A model generated the notes under the pieces. That model saw only the letters and a program-made list of their open reading frames with translations, did not search any database and was not told the origin of the DNA. A program made the position numbers and the translations under genes. From contig KZ538885.1 of NCBI GenBank assembly GCA_000934665.2, positions 1 to 42,850 on the forward strand: a stretch of DNA of 42,850 nucleotides. Direction: 5' to 3'. Of this stretch, positions 36,479 through 42,850 are shown one piece after another; within the stretch, counting starts at the first letter, position 1; every line of letters begins with the position of its first letter. This stretch comes from Catajapyx aquilonaris (lineage: Eukaryota).

Positions 36479-38953
36479 TTCACGTATCGGCGGTTTTCTC
36501 CTAGACGCGAGGAAATTTTGGTCACTCACGCGACTAAACTAAAAATCACGCTTCTCTGTCAGAGCCAGATAGAAGCGATTTTTTGTCAGCCCAAGACCTC
36601 CCCCTGCCCACACGACCCCCGACCCCGTCCTACCTCCTACCTGCCCTGCAACTAACGAGTAAGTTTTATCGCATAGCGGATACGTGCAAATTTTCCAAAA
36701 ATTCGCTCGCTTCGTGACGTAAAAGACGCGAAAAAGCAAAACCTGAAAATCGCCCGCAGGTGTTTATTCGCGTATATGCTGTGAACGCACCAAGGTGTGA
36801 TTTGTCGTTCATCTGGTACGGCACGCTTAAGCTAGTTATGTCAATTTTGTCGCATTTGCTGCTTATTCTACACGTGTCTTACGAGAATGAAAGAAGTCAC
36901 ATTGACAATGAAGAAAGTAGAAAAAAGCTAGCTAGTTCATGTAACCAATGACAGTGAATTTATAATGCGCTTTTATCTTAGCTCATAAATTCTGCAAAAG
37001 GGTATTTTAAAAATAATGGCGTATCTACCATAAGGCAGGGACGTTCATTTAGTATGAAACATCTGCAGTGCATACCAGTAATGATATTCTTTAGTGAGGA
37101 ATTCCTTCACCTCATCCTCTGTTCATCTGTTCAGCCAAGGTCGCTTTATTCAAGTGCAAAATGCGGGGAAAATGATAATGAAGGTGGTACCCTGTACGAA
37201 CGAAGAATGTCGCAGCAAATTCAATGTCATTTATACTCATTATACATTGTGACTGTGTTTTTTGGGCATCACGGGGAGGATCAGCCAAATCCCCCTAGAT
37301 ATAGGTGTATGTGACAGTCTATACCCAACGCGGGCCTATACAGGGTGTTTCACTAGGTAGTCCCCCAAAGAATCGGCTATATTTTTATTACCGCACTCTA
37401 CCTAGAAACGTGATGTTTGGTTTAAAAGTTACCTTAGTATAATTGAAATGTAGCACCATTCACAATAAATTCTGACCTTCAACGACCTCCATACGCACTC
37501 GAACGCGACTCGCCACGACTCTCCTTATTATACAAGATCCTCCACACCAGCATGTACTCATTAAGAGTGTGGATTGGTGAACTTATGTTGTTCTCCAAGT
37601 CTCTAATGTCGAAGCTCACTAATGTAAGCACAACTCTTCAAGTATCCCCATTCGTGGCTCTTTTGACAGGTGTAAACAGTATACCCGGTTTTTTGTGACA
37701 AAATCGTGACGACTTTTTTTCGGTCATTCAAGCAGCCTGTACTTCCCTTTTTCGATTTTTTTTCTGTTTCCTTTAAAATTTAAATAGTATAAAGGAGGTC
37801 ATCTACCACAGTATATTGGTCCAAAATACTTGGAGCAACAATCTTGACTATTAAGTTTAATGTCGATATGCTGCGGAGAGCCTTCGATAATAAGGAGCAT
37901 CGGCGTCGAGTCGCGTTCGAGAGCGTATGGAGGTCGTTGAAGGCCAATTACAGATTTTATTGCGAATGGTGTTACATTTCCATGATCTAAGGTAAGTTTT
38001 AAAGGAAAAAATAGTGTTTCTATAGGTAGAGTAGAAAGAAAAATCTAATCGATTCTTTGGAGGGACTACCTAGTGAAACACCCTGTATAGGCCCGCGTTG
38101 GGTATAGATTGTCACATACACCTATATCTAGGGGGATTTGGCTGATCCTCCCCGTGATGCCCAAAAGACACAGTCACAATGTATAATAATCAGTAAATGG
38201 CATTGAATTTGCTGCGACATTCTTCGTTCGTACAGGATACCACCTTCATTATCATTTTCCCCTCATTTTGCACTTGAATAAAGCGACCTTGGCTGAACAG
38301 ATGAACAGAGGATGAGGTGAAGGAATTCCTCACTAAAGAATATCATTACTGGTATGCACTGCAGATGTTTCATACTAAATGAACGTCCCTGCCTTATGGT
38401 AGATACGCCATTATTTTTAAAATACCCTTTTGCAGAATTTATGAGCTAAGATAAAAGCGCATTATAAATTCACTGTCATTGGTTACATGAACTAGCTAGC
38501 TTTTTTCTACTTTCTTCATTGTCAATGTGACTTCTTTCATTCTCGTAAGACACGTTTAGAATAAGCAGCAAATGCGACAAAATTGACATAACTAGCTTAA
38601 GCGTGCCGTACCAGATGAACGACAAATCACACCTTAAGGTGCGTTCACAGCAGATACGCGAATAAACACCTGCGGGCGATTTTCAGGTTTTGCTTTTTCG
38701 CGTCTTTTACGTCACGAAGCGAGCGAATTTTTGGAAAATTTTCACCTATCCGCTAAGCGATAAAACTTACTCGTTAGTTGCAGGGCAGGTATAGGAGGTA
38801 GGACGGGGTCGGGGGTCGTGTGGGCAGGGGGAGGTCTTGGGCTGAAAAAAAAATCGCTTCTATCTGGCTCTGATAGAGGAGCGCGATTTTTAGTTAAGTC
38901 GCGTGAGTGACCAAAATTTCCTCGAGTCTAGGAGAAAATCGCCGATACGTGAA
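36479..38953. repeat. Large palindrome: ~860-bp near-identical inverted arms (36479-37340 / 38086-38953) around a central MITE
   Basis: ttcacgtatcggcg... at 36479 is the reverse complement of ...cgccgatacgtgaa ending at 38953; the match continues with few differences to the centre. Confidence 0.95.
37341..38085. mobile_element. Tc1/mariner-type MITE, TA-flanked, long degenerate TIRs
   Basis: ta|cagggtgtttcactaggtagtccc ... gggactacctagtgaaacaccctg|ta; imperfect inverted homology continues ~200 bp inward; no ORF. Confidence 0.75.
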
Positions 38954-39032
38954 TGCCTTCGCCCAGACGCGAATTCGCAGAAAGCTGAAATTCGCTCGCT
39001 TTTGATCAAAATCGCGTATATGTGAATGCACC
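38638..39032. mobile_element. TTAA-flanked MITE (PIF/Harbinger- or Kolobok-like); truncated inverted copy at 36479-36791
   Basis: ttaa|ggtgcgttcaca ... tgtgaatgcacc|ttaa. Confidence 0.65.
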
Positions 39033-39341
39033 TTAAGAGACTCAGGTAAGAGTGGTCTACCCTTGACTTTGAAGAAAGTGGAAAAAAAACGAGAAGAAAG
39101 TTGAATAATTGATCATATGCTTCTTCTCTGACTCATAAATTAAGTACAAATGTATTTTTACACGGCATCTGCAATAAGACAGGCACGTGGATTTAATGTG
39201 AAACATCTGCAGTGTATATTCAGTAATGATATATTCTTTTGTTAGCAATTTCTTCACATCATCATCTGGCCTTCTGTTCACCAAGGCCGCTTTGTTGAAG
39301 TGGCAAAAATGATAATGAAGGGGTGCAGTACTGTACGAATT

Positions 39342-39428
39342 TCCCGAGTTCGATCCCCGGGTCGTACGGAGGATACTTATGTGGAGAGAGTTTCGGGAGA
39401 GTCCCAAGGAGGCTTATCACGGGGTATC

Positions 39429-39506
<78 letters not shown>
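39342..39506 (+). mobile_element. 5'-truncated tRNA-derived SINE with (ATT)~26 tail and 13-bp TSD
   Basis: B-box gagttcgatccccggg near the start; ATT microsatellite 39430-39507; TSD tactgtacgaatt at 39329-39341 and 39507-39519. Confidence 0.8.
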
Positions 39507-39509
<3 letters not shown>

Positions 39510-40573
39510 TGTACGAATTATTGCGAATCTCGCATTTAGTTGCTTGTCTGGAAACTACTGATACGTATGAGAAAAGTGAGAGGAGAATTTGATTCTGAAT
39601 ACTATGGAGTGCATGATTTCCATATAAATTAACTGACCTGGCAGAACATTCAAATGGCACATGAGATCCGAGCAATGTAATAATTGTCCCAAGACACGGT
39701 GTGCAGTATCCATGAGTTGCACAATACAAAAACTTACGAAAATTCAGACTCTATCACATGGCCAGAACCATCATAGTAGTAAAACAGAGGTGGGTTCCCC
39801 TACCCTGCAATAAAATACTACTTCTTGTACAGTACTCTTGCCTGGAGCATGATTCGATCGTAAAACTAACAACCAAGTGGACTCTTCTTATTATACCCTC
39901 ATGAATTTTAAATTTTTATTTTATTTTCTAATTTTGCTTGACCTATAGTGTTGTGCAAACATCGCCTCTGCTGCTAATTTTCACGTTAGAAGGGTCAAAA
40001 TACAAGCCAAAAGACCGAAATTCCGAAGCCACAACACCTGCATCCGGTCGCGGGTCGCCTGTCCCGACTGCCCGGTCACTTGACTATATTATGAACTTGC
40101 TTTCCTCCCCCCCCCCCCCNCCCCCCCCGACTGTCTTCAAAAACAAGGGAACTATTGTAAATACTTGTCTATTTTCCATGAACATGCCCTAAGTGTCTGA
40201 AAATGTGCTTAGTTCATCTTGTAAGACAATCTTAAGCTATCAAATATCAATAAAGCATGATCAGAGAAGGACACCAACGAAGAATATTTTGTGCATGGCA
40301 TCAGCAAGCATTGACTAGCACAGATCATGCTTCCACACAACGGATACATTATTCCCTCGACGCATGGGAGCAAGTTGTCTGCACATCTGGGAACCTTGAC
40401 TGTACACGTACAGTACTGTACAAGTGTATACATGTCTAGAAAGTAGCGCCACCTCACCTCCTTGCCAAGGCATGCTTCTCCTCTGTATGGTGTGTGAAGG
40501 CGGTGTCTTACCCCCATCATATGGGCCAACAGGTTATAACTTACTGCATGACTTTCGGGGTTTTTCTCTCCCA

Positions 40574-41854
40574 GCACTACACAACACCAGCCAGCAGCCA
40601 ACGCTTTTGTGTAATAGATAATAATGATGCAAATAGGCTGAGAACCATTTACCTGCCTCCTAATCCAACCCTACATCCACACTCTTCCTAGCTACAGTAG
40701 GCCCTACTTCCTTTTTCCTCCAGGTGACGATGTGTGCTGCCTGATAACGCAATGTGCTCCTATGGCTGAGGTGACCATTCCAGTGAGTTATATTTTTTGC
40801 AGTAATCTTCTGTGTGAATCCCCGTCGATTACCACTCATCTGCTCGAGGAATATGCAACAGTATTTCATTGACCTCCCTGTATATATTGCTAGTTCTGTA
40901 CACAGCACAGTTAGGCTTAGGGCACTAATTATGATGATAGCCTACAGTATTCAAAAATCATAACTGGAGATGTAGGCGTTGCAGTAGAACTTCATGTTGG
41001 AATTGTTAAAAGTCATTTATTGCCTTTTCTATTTCAGTGCCGATGCCGCTATATTGCACGCGTGCGACGTAGGTATACATTGAGAGTTCTGCCAGCTTAA
41101 TCCGTGATTTCTGACACGAGACCACAAGTAGTGATCAGGAATCCTCATTAGCAATGCTGTTCTTAGAAACAAGAAGGAGACACCTACAGTGTGTCCTCCA
41201 TAGCCTACCGTGTAAATGGCTCCTTTGTAATAAGTTTTAACCTCCTGAGACCCCTGGTACAGTATACTGTACCTTTGTTTTTGTTTTTTATGCGCTTGAG
41301 TTAGTCAGAAGGTACTGGAAACAACAAAGGTACAGTATACTGTACCAGGGGTCTCAGGAGGTTAAGACAAAAAAACACAATATTATAGAGTAATCGGCAC
41401 ACAAAACCAGTCTTTACACACAAATTCCAACATTACTGAAACATAAATTGATTAGTCCTGAAAATACTAAGCATGTGGTGAATAATGTTACAGTGTTTAA
41501 GTTGCAATGTATTCAGCACTGACGTTAAAATCCTTCCATTGTTAGCAATATGGTTGATTGTTGTGACATCAGTACTCGTCCGACACTGAATGCATTATTA
41601 TAGCCTATTGTAGCAGCAATGAATTCCATTCGTGCAATACGTACTGTATAAAATTATGATCCGTTGCCACGGTGTACAGTGCGTGCATGAGGTGGGATTG
41701 GTTTGCAGCACCTTGCATCCTTGCAAGCATCCTTGCAAGCACGACAAGGACTGCAAAGGCCATGGCGGCAAAGGCCAAGGGGGAAAATATCTGTGAGCTG
41801 CGAACGGCCTCTGTCCGGGCTTCTTCTTCCGGTTTGTGCAGTGGCGCCACGCAG
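40574..41854 (+). repeat. Segmental direct repeat, copy 2, with ~460-bp insertion (41099-41560) and an inverted ~47-bp terminal block
   Basis: Collinear with 27772-28418; 41808-41854 is the reverse complement of ~28437-28483. Confidence 0.9.
41241..41361. mobile_element. piggyBac-type MITE (121 bp)
   Basis: TTAA on both sides; perfect 39-bp TIR cctcctgagacccctggtacagtatactgtacctttgtt. Confidence 0.85.
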
Positions 41855-42053
41855 CATGTATTTCCGGTTTGAAACGTAATTATAAGCCACATTAAATATA
41901 TTGGTGTCATTATTAAGTGTCGCATGCATGTGCTTTAAAAAACATCAGGTGCGCAAAATTATCATACTAAACGTACGGTACCAGCTTTTGCATAGTATAC
42001 TGTACAGGCACGGCAACTTCAGAGAAGATAATGTGGTAAAATAAGGTACTCAT

Positions 42054-42386
42054 TTTCTGCGCATTTCGTGGTCCTTGGATCTTTGCAGCATTGTAACCTG
42101 CTGCACCACACTTTGAGTCATTAGTAAACGAGCAGTCGGGAGAGCACTGAGGTCTTGTTTTCACTAATGCGCAAGCCGAATAATGGATCTGGAAAGTACG
42201 TAACAGTAAGAATTTAGTCCAGTGTTGCAGGGAGTGAAACGAGACGGATGAACTTACATTTATATTCATCGTGGAAGCAGGAGCATGGGGGAATACTCTG
42301 ATGCATTATTAAGTTTGGTGCATTTGCCAAACTGTCTTTCGCAATCACTCGCAATATGATTTATTTACAAAGCAATCCTGATTGGT
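42054..42386 (-). pseudogene. Decayed paralog of the Cys-rich gene: exon C-like (42258-42386) and exon D-like (42054-42188)
   Basis: C-like exon ends PPCSCFHDEYK|GTAAGT and has an internal TAA. After a 69-bp intron, the D-like exon reads DPLFG/CALVKTRPQCSPDCSFTNDSKCGAAGY/CCKDPRTTKCAE with two frameshifts and a degenerate donor (ATGAGT). Order, phase and strand match exons 7-8. Confidence 0.65.
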
Positions 42387-42850
42387 CTGATAATTATGAA
42401 AATGTAAGTGTGAACCCTGCAAGTAATACATAGGTGTATGTTATGGATGTATATACATTGTTTCTTTTGCAGACCAATAAATAGGTCATTAAGAGATCAT
42501 TAACACTCACAGCGATGTCAGTGTCATCACTCGTCACTTTTATTTTATTTGAATATAAGTTATTTGGAGTTTCTAACTATAGTATAAAAGGATTATCAAA
42601 TTACGGGTGCTAGTCACGCCTTGAACTTGACCCAAGGTCAGTCAAATCACATGCCACGTGTCTCAACCTGACCTAATCATGAGAATGAGTAACCGATCGC
42701 AACTGAAGTGAATATATATATATATTTTTTAATTTTTTATTTTTTATTTTTTTAATTACACCCTTGAAGCCTTCTGGCTTATGTAGGGGGGAGGTTTTTC
42801 TGCCATTTTCTAACTCTCCAGTGCTGGAATGGAGGGGGGGACAGTGGTGC

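Noticed and set aside
39262..39729. ORFs with poly-N, poly-Y, poly-L and poly-I
   Set aside because: Translations of the (ATT)n microsatellite.
1..42850. CRISPR arrays, operons or other prokaryotic systems
   Set aside because: The sequence is intron-containing eukaryotic DNA, with no regularly spaced repeat-spacer arrays or dense ORFs.

Overview
Eukaryotic, repeat-rich, arthropod-like genomic DNA with spliceosomal GT-AG introns, many MITEs and Helitrons, and one assembly gap. (1) On the + strand are the last four coding exons of a chondroitin sulfate N-acetylgalactosaminyltransferase (CSGALNACT family, 4721-10684). Its 5' exon encoding the membrane anchor was not found. (2) About 19 kb of non-coding, transposon-rich DNA follows. 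(3) On the - strand is a complete 10-exon gene (35641->29470) that the ORF track does not assemble. It encodes a predicted 468-aa secreted protein with 55 Cys, built from symmetric phase-1 exons as SP-[A-B-C]x2-D-E-tail. Modules A, D and E are WAP-like; B and C are Cys modules I cannot assign. The gene has a TATA box and a duplicated GATA/CCAAT block. (4) Just upstream is a ~2.5 kb palindrome centred on a mariner-type MITE, plus nested older inverted repeats and a tRNA-derived SINE with a 13-bp TSD. (5) Direct repeats ~12.8 kb apart bracket the gene, and decayed paralogous Cys-rich exons follow the second repeat, suggesting a tandem birth-and-death cluster. All gene models were read by hand from splice signals and frame continuity; no searches were run.
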